58,673 nt of DNA, from assembly GCA_022826185.1 (NCBI GenBank), contig JAJDVH010000011.1:1-58673 (forward strand), given 5' to 3'. Below, one piece after another: positions 17,814-26,622 of the stretch. Under the pieces are notes generated by a model. That model saw nothing but the letters and a program-made list of their open reading frames with translations, ran no database searches and had not been told where the DNA came from. Source of the stretch: Alphaproteobacteria bacterium. GTDB lineage: Bacteria > Pseudomonadota > Alphaproteobacteria > Bin95. The stretch's first letter is position 1. Every line of letters starts with the position of its first letter. Both the position numbers and the translations under genes were made by a program.

Positions 17814-19839
17814 ACACCCCGACGGCAAGCAGCACGGCCATCAGCGCGGTCGTGGCCAGTATGCCGTAGCCAACCAGTGTGCCCGCGTGAGCCAACCCGG
17901 CAAACGCGACGATGGCGCCGGCGAGCAGGGGGCCGGCAATGCTTCCGGCGCGTTCCACCACGCGAAACGCCGCCGTGACCGTCCCGGTCCCGTGGGCTTC
18001 CGTCTCGACCCTGAAATAGGTCGGCAGGACGGCGACCTGCGGTGTCATCACGAACGACTGCCCAAGCCCGATCAGCGCGACGCCGCACGCCAGCAACAGG
18101 CTGTCCGCCGTGGCAACGAACAGCATGCAACCGACCCCTGCTGAAACGCCGCCAACCAGAATCAGGATACCGTGGTTCTGGAACCTGTCGGCTATTACCG
18201 CCGCCGCTTGATTCATGACCAGCAATACGAGGAAGTAGACCATCATCGTGCGCCCGATTGCGGCCCCGCCGAATCCAAGCGAATCGAGATAGAGCGGCAC
18301 GAGGAAGAACAGGAAGCCGGTAAGCACGATCCGCGACGGCAGCGCCGAGAGCGCCATGAATGTCATGAATTTCGGACTGCCGTAGATGCCCAGCCGCCTG
18401 CGGCGGGAGGCAGATGTCCCGGCGCTGGCTCCCACGCCCTCGTCCGGCGATAGGAAACCGAAAGCGATCGACATCGCGACGAAGACGAGCGCAGCTCCCA
18501 CGAGGAAGGTATTTTCGTAACCGAGGCGTTCGGCGAGGATTCCGCCGATAGCCGTTGCGCAGATGCTGCCGCCTCCCGTGGCAGTGACGAACACGCCGAT
18601 ATTGAGCGCCCGCCGCCGCTCCGGCGCCGTCATGGCGAGCCGGACCAGGATCGCCGCAGTGACAAGGCCGAACCCGGCTGCCGTCAGGCAACGCAACAGA
18701 ATGAGTTCGATAAAGCCGCCTGCAAACGCGGTCGCAATGAGGCCGACGCTGGTCGGCGCCATGCCGAAGAGCAAGGTGTTGCGCGTGCCGAAACGGCGAA
18801 TGAGGCCGGGAGCGAACGGCGTCGTGAAGAGCATTGCGACGACCCACACCGACATCGGCATGGCGATGGCAATGGACGCATCGATCCCGATTGAAGGGTC
18901 GTACAGGTCCCGCACGAAGAGCGGGAAGAAGGGCCGCGAAAGCTCGACGCCGAAAATGAAGAAGAAGAGGGGATATTGGACATCTCCCGCACGCAGCACC
19001 TGCACGGACCGGTAGGAACCATGTTCGGCGAACACCCGGCCTTCCCTCAATGTCTCCAACGCGGCGCTGCCGCCGGACGCCAACGCTCGGAAGCGCCGGT
19101 TGATCTCGGCGTTAATGCCGTTCATCGCGTCGATCACCCGGCCCAGATCGTCGCGTCCGCGCGTTGCGATGGATGCCGAAAAATCTCCCTCGCTAACGGC
19201 ATGCATCAACCGGCGCATCAACCCGATGGAACGGGCGACTGTCAGCGACAGCACCAGCAGGGTGAGTTCGAGCACGATGAGTACGGCGACGCACAACGAA
19301 ATGCCGATATCGGTGAAAATGCCCCCCATCGTGTTGCGGACAAACCGCCGGTCGATGCCGATCATCGCGTATCCGACCTGCTTGCCGTCATGGACCATCG
19401 GATGCGTGACGTTGTAGTCCGTATCGAAGGAAATGAATGCGCCGGCCTGCGCCTCGCTGGCGTTCGCCGCCAGGGGCTGAAACTCATCGTCCTGACTGTC
19501 TTCCGACTCTGCCAGGAACAGGACGTTGCGCTCCGGATCCGTCACCGCGAGATAGGCGACTTCGGGATGATCTGTCAGCAGATCCTCCAGATAGGTGTCC
19601 ACACCCCTCAGGTCGCCGACCGGTATGTCGAGGCTTACGGCCTTGTAGAGGTCGTTGGCGATAGAGCGGGCAAGGACATTCGCCTTGTCCTTGATGACCG
19701 GTTCCAGCCTCGTCTCGACCGCGCCCAACGCGACCCACGCCAGCACTGCGTTCGCGGCGATCAACGCTGCAACAGCCACGAATCCTATGCGGATTCCGAG
19801 CCCGGCAAGAGTCGGCGCACGGCGGCTTCCCCGAATCAT
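17797..19839 (-). CDS. MFS transporter fused to an N-terminal TM-extracytoplasmic sensor-TM-HAMP module
   Basis: N-terminal TM, ~140-aa soluble domain, TM, HAMP-like segment (SIGLMRRLMHAVSEGDFS...RDDLGRVIDAMN), then about 12 hydrophobic helices with MFS features (GGILAERLG, IADRF, GPLLAG). Confidence 0.82.
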   Translation of the reverse strand: MIRGSRRAPTLAGLGIRIGFVAVAALIAANAVLAWVALGAVETRLEPVIKDKANVLARSIANDLYKAVSLDIPVGDLRGVDTYLEDLLTDHPEVAYLAVTDPERNVLFLAESEDSQDDEFQPLAANASEAQAGAFISFDTDYNVTHPMVHDGKQVGYAMIGIDRRFVRNTMGGIFTDIGISLCVAVLIVLELTLLVLSLTVARSIGLMRRLMHAVSEGDFSASIATRGRDDLGRVIDAMNGINAEINRRFRALASGGSAALETLREGRVFAEHGSYRSVQVLRAGDVQYPLFFFIFGVELSRPFFPLFVRDLYDPSIGIDASIAIAMPMSVWVVAMLFTTPFAPGLIRRFGTRNTLLFGMAPTSVGLIATAFAGGFIELILLRCLTAAGFGLVTAAILVRLAMTAPERRRALNIGVFVTATGGGSICATAIGGILAERLGYENTFLVGAALVFVAMSIAFGFLSPDEGVGASAGTSASRRRRLGIYGSPKFMTFMALSALPSRIVLTGFLFFLVPLYLDSLGFGGAAIGRTMMVYFLVLLVMNQAAAVIADRFQNHGILILVGGVSAGVGCMLFVATADSLLLACGVALIGLGQSFVMTPQVAVLPTYFRVETEAHGTGTVTAAFRVVERAGSIAGPLLAGAIVAFAGLAHAGTLVGYGILATTALMAVLLAVGVFSRRR

Positions 19840-20588
19840 CGCCTGCTCGCTTCCGCAGCCGCCAGCTTCGCTGCGGTTTCCCGCACGGAAACGCTGTAGC
19901 CCACAAACTCTGCAAGGTCGGTATCGACCGGCGTTTCCTCCTGATCCGAATTCAACAGGTTTTCAACGCTTTGCCGCAGATAGCGCGCCGTCGTCGTCAG
20001 CTTCCACAATGCCGCGGCGGTTCCCAGCACCGCAAGCAGGCCGCTGGCGAGAAAGATGACCGCAGCCGCCTCCAGGAGCTCCTTCGTCAATCCCCCCACA
20101 ATGCTGGCGTAGCGCGCCTTGCTGTAACGAACCGCCACCCCGCCTTCGAGTTTCCCGAAATTGTTGATGACCGGCGCGCCGACGACAAACGACTCCGGGT
20201 CTTCGATACGCCAGACTTCCCCTTCGGCCTCCCGGTTGCCGTCGGTCCAGTCTGCCGGGGCCTCGGCTTTTCCGCCGTTCAAGGCATTGCCGCCATGCAC
20301 AAGCAACTTGCCGCGGGCATCGAAAATGCTGGCGGACTGGAGTTCCGGATAATCGTCGATCAGCGCGTCCACAATCGACCGGCTTTCCGCAATGTCCTTG
20401 AGCGGCAGCCCGAGGTCCACGGCCTGCCGCAAGCGACGGGAGGTATCGAGTGTCACGACCGATACCCGGGAATCGTCCAGCCCCCGCAGGATGTCACCGA
20501 ATTTCTGCTGGTTGAGCAGGATCATCAGCGCCATGGTCACTGCAAACGCACACAGGAAGGCCAGATTCAATATGACCAGCAGCCTCAT
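19836..20588 (-). CDS. Two-TM membrane protein with an extracytoplasmic Cache/PAS-like domain and no output domain
   Basis: TM-soluble-TM layout with motifs VDLGLPL and GAPVINNFGK.EGGV. Paralogue of 26619-27356. ATGA overlaps on both sides. Confidence 0.75.
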   Translation of the reverse strand: MRLLVILNLAFLCAFAVTMALMILLNQQKFGDILRGLDDSRVSVVTLDTSRRLRQAVDLGLPLKDIAESRSIVDALIDDYPELQSASIFDARGKLLVHGGNALNGGKAEAPADWTDGNREAEGEVWRIEDPESFVVGAPVINNFGKLEGGVAVRYSKARYASIVGGLTKELLEAAAVIFLASGLLAVLGTAAALWKLTTTARYLRQSVENLLNSDQEETPVDTDLAEFVGYSVSVRETAAKLAAAEASRR

Positions 20589-21595
20589 GCGGCAGACACT
20601 CCCTGACGCTCCAGACTGTAGCAAAGGAAATGTTCGATCATGGCTTCGTGCGACACACCCGCGGCGTTAGCGCCTATATTCATTGACATGGTCGTCGCCA
20701 GATTGCAGGTCACATTGAATTCGAGCAAGCGAAATGACCCGTCCGGGGCAACACGAAAATCGACACGCAGATAATCGCAGGGCTGCACCAGCCTTGTGAA
20801 CGCAAGCGCCGCCTCCTGCAATTCCTTGCACAGCGCCTTGTCCTGGAAGGGTTCGCCACGCTTTCCGGGGTCCAGGTAGCGTTTCTGACGCTCTGTCTGG
20901 ATTCCTTCCCGCAGCTCGGAGTGGTTGGCGACGGGATGCATCGCCAAAGGTCCGCCAAGCACAGGCACCGTCACGTCCAGACCCGGCGCGAGCGCCTCGA
21001 TCAACGGCTCCTCGCCCGCAGCGAGGAATGTCGAGGCCCGGGCCCGAGCCTCTTGCCAGTCGCCGCAAATGGAGCCTTCGTCGACCCCTTCGGAGTTGGC
21101 CCCGAAACGGGGTTTGACGAAATAGGGCCCTTCGAAGGCCGGCGGATCGTCGAGGTCGGCCTCGCTGACGGCCACTGTCCCCTCCGGAACCGGCAGCCCT
21201 GCGCCGCGCGCCATCAGCTTCGTAATCCACTTGTCCTCAGCCATCGCGCGGATATTCGGCGGGCTGCCGAGATAAGGAATGCCGGAGCGCGCGCACAAGC
21301 ACGAGACCAGAATTTCGGGATTGCGCACAGCCTCGCGGTTGTAGATCTGAAAGATGTAATCCGGCGCCGGGCCGCAGTTCATGCGCTCCTCGAACGCTTC
21401 GAGGCTGCCGCAGGGCTCAACCGACCGGGCCAGGCTGCGAAGGACCGAGAGCACTTCGAATTTGGTATAGAGTTCGCGTCCGTAGCGCGGATGGACCATG
21501 GGCGGCGGTTCGCTCCAGTCCTGCGCGTATTTCGCCAGATAGAGGATATCCAGTTTCCTGCGCTGCTCCTGACCGATCTGCAAAAGCTTAAACAT
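20585..21595 (-). CDS. ATP-grasp ligase, D-Ala-D-Ala ligase-like (paralogue A)
   Basis: AEDKWITK, GPYFVKPRFGANSEG, DVTVPVL, DYLRVDFR and LEFN motifs. Lacks the Ddl N-terminal GG.S.E and LHG..GEDG motifs. Confidence 0.8.
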   Translation of the reverse strand: MFKLLQIGQEQRRKLDILYLAKYAQDWSEPPPMVHPRYGRELYTKFEVLSVLRSLARSVEPCGSLEAFEERMNCGPAPDYIFQIYNREAVRNPEILVSCLCARSGIPYLGSPPNIRAMAEDKWITKLMARGAGLPVPEGTVAVSEADLDDPPAFEGPYFVKPRFGANSEGVDEGSICGDWQEARARASTFLAAGEEPLIEALAPGLDVTVPVLGGPLAMHPVANHSELREGIQTERQKRYLDPGKRGEPFQDKALCKELQEAALAFTRLVQPCDYLRVDFRVAPDGSFRLLEFNVTCNLATTMSMNIGANAAGVSHEAMIEHFLCYSLERQGVSAA

Positions 21596-21689
21596 TCTTG
21601 AAATTACCAGATGCCTGTCGCAAACGCGGCGAACCGGCTTATGATAGCCAGCCAGCCATCTTCAAGCAACGCAACGGTCGCTGATTCCG

Positions 21690-22703
21690 ATGTTCCGAGC
21701 GCTAATTCTGGCCCTCGCCGCCTGGACGGCGAGCGCCGCGGCCTCACAGGCCGACCCCTTCACCATCTACATGATCGTGCATCGCGCCGGATCGGGCGCC
21801 GATGAGGGTTTCCGAGACTACCTGAAGGCGAACGGCGTCGATGCCAGCTTCGTCTTCCGCGACATGGAGAACGACCGGTCCCGCCTGCCCGGCTATGTCG
21901 AGGAGATCAAGGCGCTGAAGCCCGATCTCGTCTATACGCAGACAACCTCGGTGACGCGCGCGGTCGTCGGTCGGCTGGAAGAGGCCGACCCGGCGAAGCA
22001 TATCCTCGACATTCCCGTCGTGTTTTCGATGGTTTCGTTTCCGGTCAGGTCGAAACTGGCGCCCGAGAATCCCGACCCTGCAGGCCCGATGCTCTCGAAA
22101 CGCAACCTGACCGGCGCCAGGCATGTGGTCTCGAATCTCGTGCGTCTCAACGCCATGCGCACCTACATGCCTTTCAAGAAGCTGGGCATGCTTTACGACA
22201 AGAGTTCGGGCGCGCAGCGCCGGTCCGAGGTGTCCATGCGCGCCCTGGCCGAAGAGGCCGGCCTCGAATTCGTTTCGGATAGCCCCACGGAACCCAAGGT
22301 CGAGCGGGACCCTGCCCAGATCGAGCCGACGCTCCGGCGCCTCAAGGCTGAAGGGGTCGACTTTCTGTATATCCCGCCATCCAATTTCTTCGGCGCCCAT
22401 GCCGAACTGGTGACCCGGACCGCAACCGAACTCGGCCTGCCGACCTTTTGCGGCGTCGAGACCCTGATCCGTTACCACTGCATGACCGGGCTGGTCAGCC
22501 CGCTGTACGCCGTCGGACAGTTCGCCGCCTTCAAGGCGGAGCAGATTTTGACGGGCGGCAGGGACCCCGGAGAGATCCCGATAGAAACGCTCTCCCGGTT
22601 CTCCTTCGTGGTCAATATGGAGACAGCTCACAAGCTGAAGGTGTATCCGCCGATGGAAATTTTGCGTTTCGCCCAGTTCATCAAGACCGGAGCCGAGTCT
22701 TGA
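21690..22703 (+). CDS. Orphan periplasmic substrate-binding protein (ABC_sub_bind/DUF534-like)
   Basis: Signal peptide, KPDLVYT, IPVVFSMV.FPV, NLTG, QILTGG.DPGEIPIE and VNMETA motifs. No permease or ATPase nearby. Confidence 0.8.
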   Translation: MFRALILALAAWTASAAASQADPFTIYMIVHRAGSGADEGFRDYLKANGVDASFVFRDMENDRSRLPGYVEEIKALKPDLVYTQTTSVTRAVVGRLEEADPAKHILDIPVVFSMVSFPVRSKLAPENPDPAGPMLSKRNLTGARHVVSNLVRLNAMRTYMPFKKLGMLYDKSSGAQRRSEVSMRALAEEAGLEFVSDSPTEPKVERDPAQIEPTLRRLKAEGVDFLYIPPSNFFGAHAELVTRTATELGLPTFCGVETLIRYHCMTGLVSPLYAVGQFAAFKAEQILTGGRDPGEIPIETLSRFSFVVNMETAHKLKVYPPMEILRFAQFIKTGAES

Positions 22704-23728
22704 TCGCCCTGAAACGTTTGGACGACAGACGCCGCGCTACTCTGAGAATTCTGTATCTCGCGCCCCACGCGCCCTCACCCGACACGCCGAAGCCTCCGGC
22801 GATTCATCCCGATTACGGGGTCCAGCCCGCTTATCAGTACGAGATATGCGACGTGCTGACCAACGGGCTCGGTCTGGACGTTGTGAGCAGTTCCGACCTG
22901 AACGCCGTGCCGCAGGCGTTCGAAGGCCGGAATTATGTCTTTTCCCTCTACAACATCGCGCCGTTTCCCAACTCCGAGGTCTATGTTGCCGCATTGGCGG
23001 CCAGAGCGGGCATAGCCTGCATGGGCGCGCCGGCAAACATACGCGCGCTCGCCGAGGACAAATGGCTGAGCAAGCTGGCGGCGCAGGCGCTGGGCATCCC
23101 GACGCCCGCCGGAAAAGTCTATGGCCCGGGCGCTCCGGTTCACGAACCGGGTTTCGATGGTCCCTATGTGGCGAAGCCGCGCTTCGGCGCTGCATCGACA
23201 GGCATAGATGCCGAGAGCGCACAGGCGGACTTCGGCGCGCTCGCGGCGCGCATTGCGCAACTCCGGGCGACTACGGACGAATGCCTCGTCGAACAGGTCT
23301 TCGGCGAGTTCGATGTGACGGTGCCGATCCTGGTCGGCGAAGACGGACCTGTGGCCCTGCCGCCCGCCACCCAGACATGCGACAGCCCCTACGGGCTCTT
23401 TACTCACCGCCAGAAACGAAAGCTCGAACCGGGCCTCACGCGGGAGTTCCCGGGCGACGAACCTTGGCTGGAGCCCATCATCGAAGATGCGCTTCGGTTC
23501 GCGCGGGCGGTTGAGCCTTACGACTATCTGCGCTGCGACTTCCGGTTCGGCCCTGCGGGCCACGCCTTTCTCGAATTCAACCTCGCCTGTTCCATAGGCA
23601 GCGCGATGGCCTTCGCCCAATGTGCCGCGCGTGTCGGAGTCTCTTCGGAAGCTCTGGTGGAGCACATTCTGGTCACCAGCCTCGACCGGCAGTGGGGTCA
23701 GGGGGCGTCCGCACCGTCGCCGAGGTAG
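22700..23728 (+). CDS. ATP-grasp ligase, D-Ala-D-Ala ligase-like (paralogue B)
   Basis: AEDKWLSK, GPYVAKPRFGAASTG, DVTVPIL, DYLRCDFR and LEFN motifs. TTG start overlaps the SBP stop (TTGA). Confidence 0.8.
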   Translation: MIALKRLDDRRRATLRILYLAPHAPSPDTPKPPAIHPDYGVQPAYQYEICDVLTNGLGLDVVSSSDLNAVPQAFEGRNYVFSLYNIAPFPNSEVYVAALAARAGIACMGAPANIRALAEDKWLSKLAAQALGIPTPAGKVYGPGAPVHEPGFDGPYVAKPRFGAASTGIDAESAQADFGALAARIAQLRATTDECLVEQVFGEFDVTVPILVGEDGPVALPPATQTCDSPYGLFTHRQKRKLEPGLTREFPGDEPWLEPIIEDALRFARAVEPYDYLRCDFRFGPAGHAFLEFNLACSIGSAMAFAQCAARVGVSSEALVEHILVTSLDRQWGQGASAPSPR

Positions 23729-26622
23729 CGCAATGCGACGGTCGTTATATCGTCGCTCTGCTCGACGCCGGTAGAGAACGCCTCGACCGACGCCCGCATC
23801 GCGTCGCAAATGGCGGCAGGCGGCGCTCCGGCAGTGGCTTCCAGTTCGGCTTCCAGACGCGGCTCGCCGAATTGCTCGCCCGCTTCGTTGAAGGCTTCGT
23901 TGACGCCGTCGGTATAGAAGAACAGTGTTTCGCCGGGCGCCAGGAGGGTTTCGCCTTCCTGGAAACTGAAGCCCGGCATGATCGCAAGCGCCAGGCCGGC
24001 ATCCATCGGCAAGGTTGATATCTGCCCTCCGGCGTCGATCCGGTAGGTCGGGTTATGTCCGGCATTGGCGAATGTCACATGGCCGGTCTCGGCATCGACA
24101 ACCGCGTAGAAGGCAGTGACGAACATCATTTGTTCGTTCTCCGCCTCCAGCATGTCGTTCAATGCCGTCAGCACCCTGGACGGAGATTCGCCGATCAGCG
24201 CCGTGGCCTTTAGCAGGGTGCGTGCGATCAGCATGAAGAACGCGGCCGGTATTCCCTTGCCCGAAACATCCGCAATGACGATCCCGATACGGCGCTCGTC
24301 GATCGCGAAATAATCGTAGAAGTCGCCGCCCACTTCCTTGGCCGGCACCATCTGGGCCGCGATCTCAACAGTGCGTTGAGGCGGCGTTTCGCGCGGCAGG
24401 ACGGAGAGCTGCAGATCATGGGCAATGGACAGCTCGCGTTCGATCGCGACAAGGCGCTCCTTGTGCTTGAGGGCCTCGCGAAGTTCCTCGACCAGTTCGG
24501 TCAGGCGGCCGTGCTGTTCGCGGATGCGCTGGGCCATTTGCTCGAACACCAGCGTGAGGGCTTCGAACTCGTCGCTCGCTCCCTCCTGTTCGAGCTGGGC
24601 GAGCTGGTCGGTGACCGCCTGCCGGGCTTCCGCGCCGACCGCCGAAGTGAGGCCGGTCATCTGCTGGCGCAGGAATCGTTCGCGCCGCCTTTGCGCCCTG
24701 CGGCGCTCCGCGGACAGGCGCTCAACCTCGCCCAACGACGTGCGGTAAGCCTCAACCGCCCTGGCGATGCGGGCGATCTCGTCCTTGCCGGCCTCCTGTT
24801 CGAGCCAGACTCCGCGCCGACCGTCGGACAGTGCTTCCAGCACGCCGATCACCCGATCGAGCGGTTGCAGCGAGCCGCGCAGGTTCGCGTAAAGGACCCA
24901 TAGTGCGATGCAGGCGAAAATCGCCACCGCTCCGAAGAAGGCGATACGCAAGGCCTCCTGCCGTGCCGAAAGCTCGCTGACGTCGGTTATGACATGAAGC
25001 GCCGCAAGCCGCCCGCCATTCAGGGCCGGGATATTCGCGGTCGTCCTGGCATAGTCGCCGCTATCGCCATCGAGCCCCTGCCAAAGCGGCGGATCGGTGC
25101 CGAAGATCAGCCCGCCTTCGCTCCCCACCAGGAACGCCTCTCCGCCGAGAACCGCCCCTGCCTCCAGCACCGCCGAGGCAAGGGGGACGCTCGCAGCGAC
25201 GATCAGCACATCGCCTTGTTCCGGGTCTCCCAAGGCTTCCGCAACTGTCCAGACAGGCTTGCCGTCAGCATCGAGGTCGCCGCCGCTTACCCGGCTGCCC
25301 GTGTCCATGATCCGCTTGGCGACACGCGGCGACAAGGGGTTCCGCCCCACGAACAGGCGTCCCCCTCCCTCTTCGGACGGATCGAAGGTCACGAGTTGTT
25401 TGAGACCGCTGCTCGTGGCGATATCTTCGATCAGCCGCGCTGCAAGCAACGCGTCTCCCGCAAGGAGCGCAGACCGGATACCCTCATTGACGCGAAGCGA
25501 AGCCAGTTGGCGCGCGACCAAATCCGTCTCGCGTTGCGACAGGGTTTTCCAGACGGTCCTCAGCGCAGTCTGGCGGTCTTCGTCATAACTCTCGGCCAAC
25601 AGGCGCTCGCGAACGATGCTGCCGTAGCCCAGGCCGATGGCCAGCAACAGCCCCCCGAGGCTTATGATGGCCGTCAGCCGCAGGCGTATCGAGATATTCC
25701 TTCCGAACCGGCCTACCGCGGTGGGGGGCGTCGGAGGAATGTCGCGGAATGTCGGTTCCAGCCGCTGAACCAGTCCCCGCCGAACGCGTTCGAGCGAATC
25801 CCGCACTGTCCGCCCGACCGCGGCATCGCGTGCGTCTTCCGCCTGATCCAGAATCGAATCGTACCGCGCCCGCAGACCGTGCAGCACCGAGTTGAATGCA
25901 CGGGCTGCAAAGCCGATTTCGTCCCGCTGCCCCAAATCCCCGAGCAGCACCGGGCGCCCGCCGGCCGCTTGCGCGATGCCGCTGTCGAGCCGTTGCAGGC
26001 GGCGGCCGACGCGCAACCCCAGGAATAGCGCGCACAGCAACCCGGCGATGACGCCGACGGCGCCCGCTATGGCGAAGCTCGGCCAGTTCCGGCGCAGAAT
26101 ATGCGTCACGAAGTCCTTTTCGACGGCGACATGCAGAAGAGCCAGCGGGTAGTCAGCCGGACCGATCGGGCGGATGTCGACGGAAAGCTCGCCGAAGATG
26201 TGACGGTTGCGGGCTTCCGTCATTCCCCCCGCCATCCGCCGCTCCTCGAAAACGGTATCGGCCGCTTCCAGAACCTCTTCGAGCCGCTCACGCGCAATGC
26301 CGCTGAAATAGACCGGTCTCTTGTCCGGCGACGTCATAGCGATAAAACGGATATCCGGATTGTCGTCGAGAAAGCGCTGGAAGAAGGGCTCGACCCCCCG
26401 AAGCTCCGCAAGCGGGATGCCGACCCGAGCGGCGCGTTCCATCTCGGTCTTCATCGCCTGCCCGACCGCCAGCGCCTTGCGGTCAAGTTCGTCGGTCAGC
26501 GGCTCTTCGGCCCACCAGTGGAAAGCAGCAGCCGTCAAGACCGCCTGCAGGAGTGCGACTATGACGGCGGCTGCGCAGGCTTTCAGCCAAATTGTTCGCG
26601 AGAGTCCGCCCATGCCCATCAT
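23698..26622 (-). CDS. Membrane PP2C/SpoIIE (RsbU-like) Ser/Thr phosphatase with two tandem TM-sensor-TM-HAMP modules
   Basis: Catalytic motifs EVGGDFYD, ADVSGKG, NAGHN, YTDGVNE and DDIT. Two HAMP-like segments (RDEIGFAARAFN; KDEIARIARAVE) and four predicted TM helices. Confidence 0.88.
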   Translation of the reverse strand: MMGMGGLSRTIWLKACAAAVIVALLQAVLTAAAFHWWAEEPLTDELDRKALAVGQAMKTEMERAARVGIPLAELRGVEPFFQRFLDDNPDIRFIAMTSPDKRPVYFSGIARERLEEVLEAADTVFEERRMAGGMTEARNRHIFGELSVDIRPIGPADYPLALLHVAVEKDFVTHILRRNWPSFAIAGAVGVIAGLLCALFLGLRVGRRLQRLDSGIAQAAGGRPVLLGDLGQRDEIGFAARAFNSVLHGLRARYDSILDQAEDARDAAVGRTVRDSLERVRRGLVQRLEPTFRDIPPTPPTAVGRFGRNISIRLRLTAIISLGGLLLAIGLGYGSIVRERLLAESYDEDRQTALRTVWKTLSQRETDLVARQLASLRVNEGIRSALLAGDALLAARLIEDIATSSGLKQLVTFDPSEEGGGRLFVGRNPLSPRVAKRIMDTGSRVSGGDLDADGKPVWTVAEALGDPEQGDVLIVAASVPLASAVLEAGAVLGGEAFLVGSEGGLIFGTDPPLWQGLDGDSGDYARTTANIPALNGGRLAALHVITDVSELSARQEALRIAFFGAVAIFACIALWVLYANLRGSLQPLDRVIGVLEALSDGRRGVWLEQEAGKDEIARIARAVEAYRTSLGEVERLSAERRRAQRRRERFLRQQMTGLTSAVGAEARQAVTDQLAQLEQEGASDEFEALTLVFEQMAQRIREQHGRLTELVEELREALKHKERLVAIERELSIAHDLQLSVLPRETPPQRTVEIAAQMVPAKEVGGDFYDYFAIDERRIGIVIADVSGKGIPAAFFMLIARTLLKATALIGESPSRVLTALNDMLEAENEQMMFVTAFYAVVDAETGHVTFANAGHNPTYRIDAGGQISTLPMDAGLALAIMPGFSFQEGETLLAPGETLFFYTDGVNEAFNEAGEQFGEPRLEAELEATAGAPPAAICDAMRASVEAFSTGVEQSDDITTVALRYLGDGADAP

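Noticed and set aside
20585-23728. Glycopeptide resistance (van-type) ligases
   Set aside because: No vanH/X/R/S context, and the D-Ala subsite motifs are absent.
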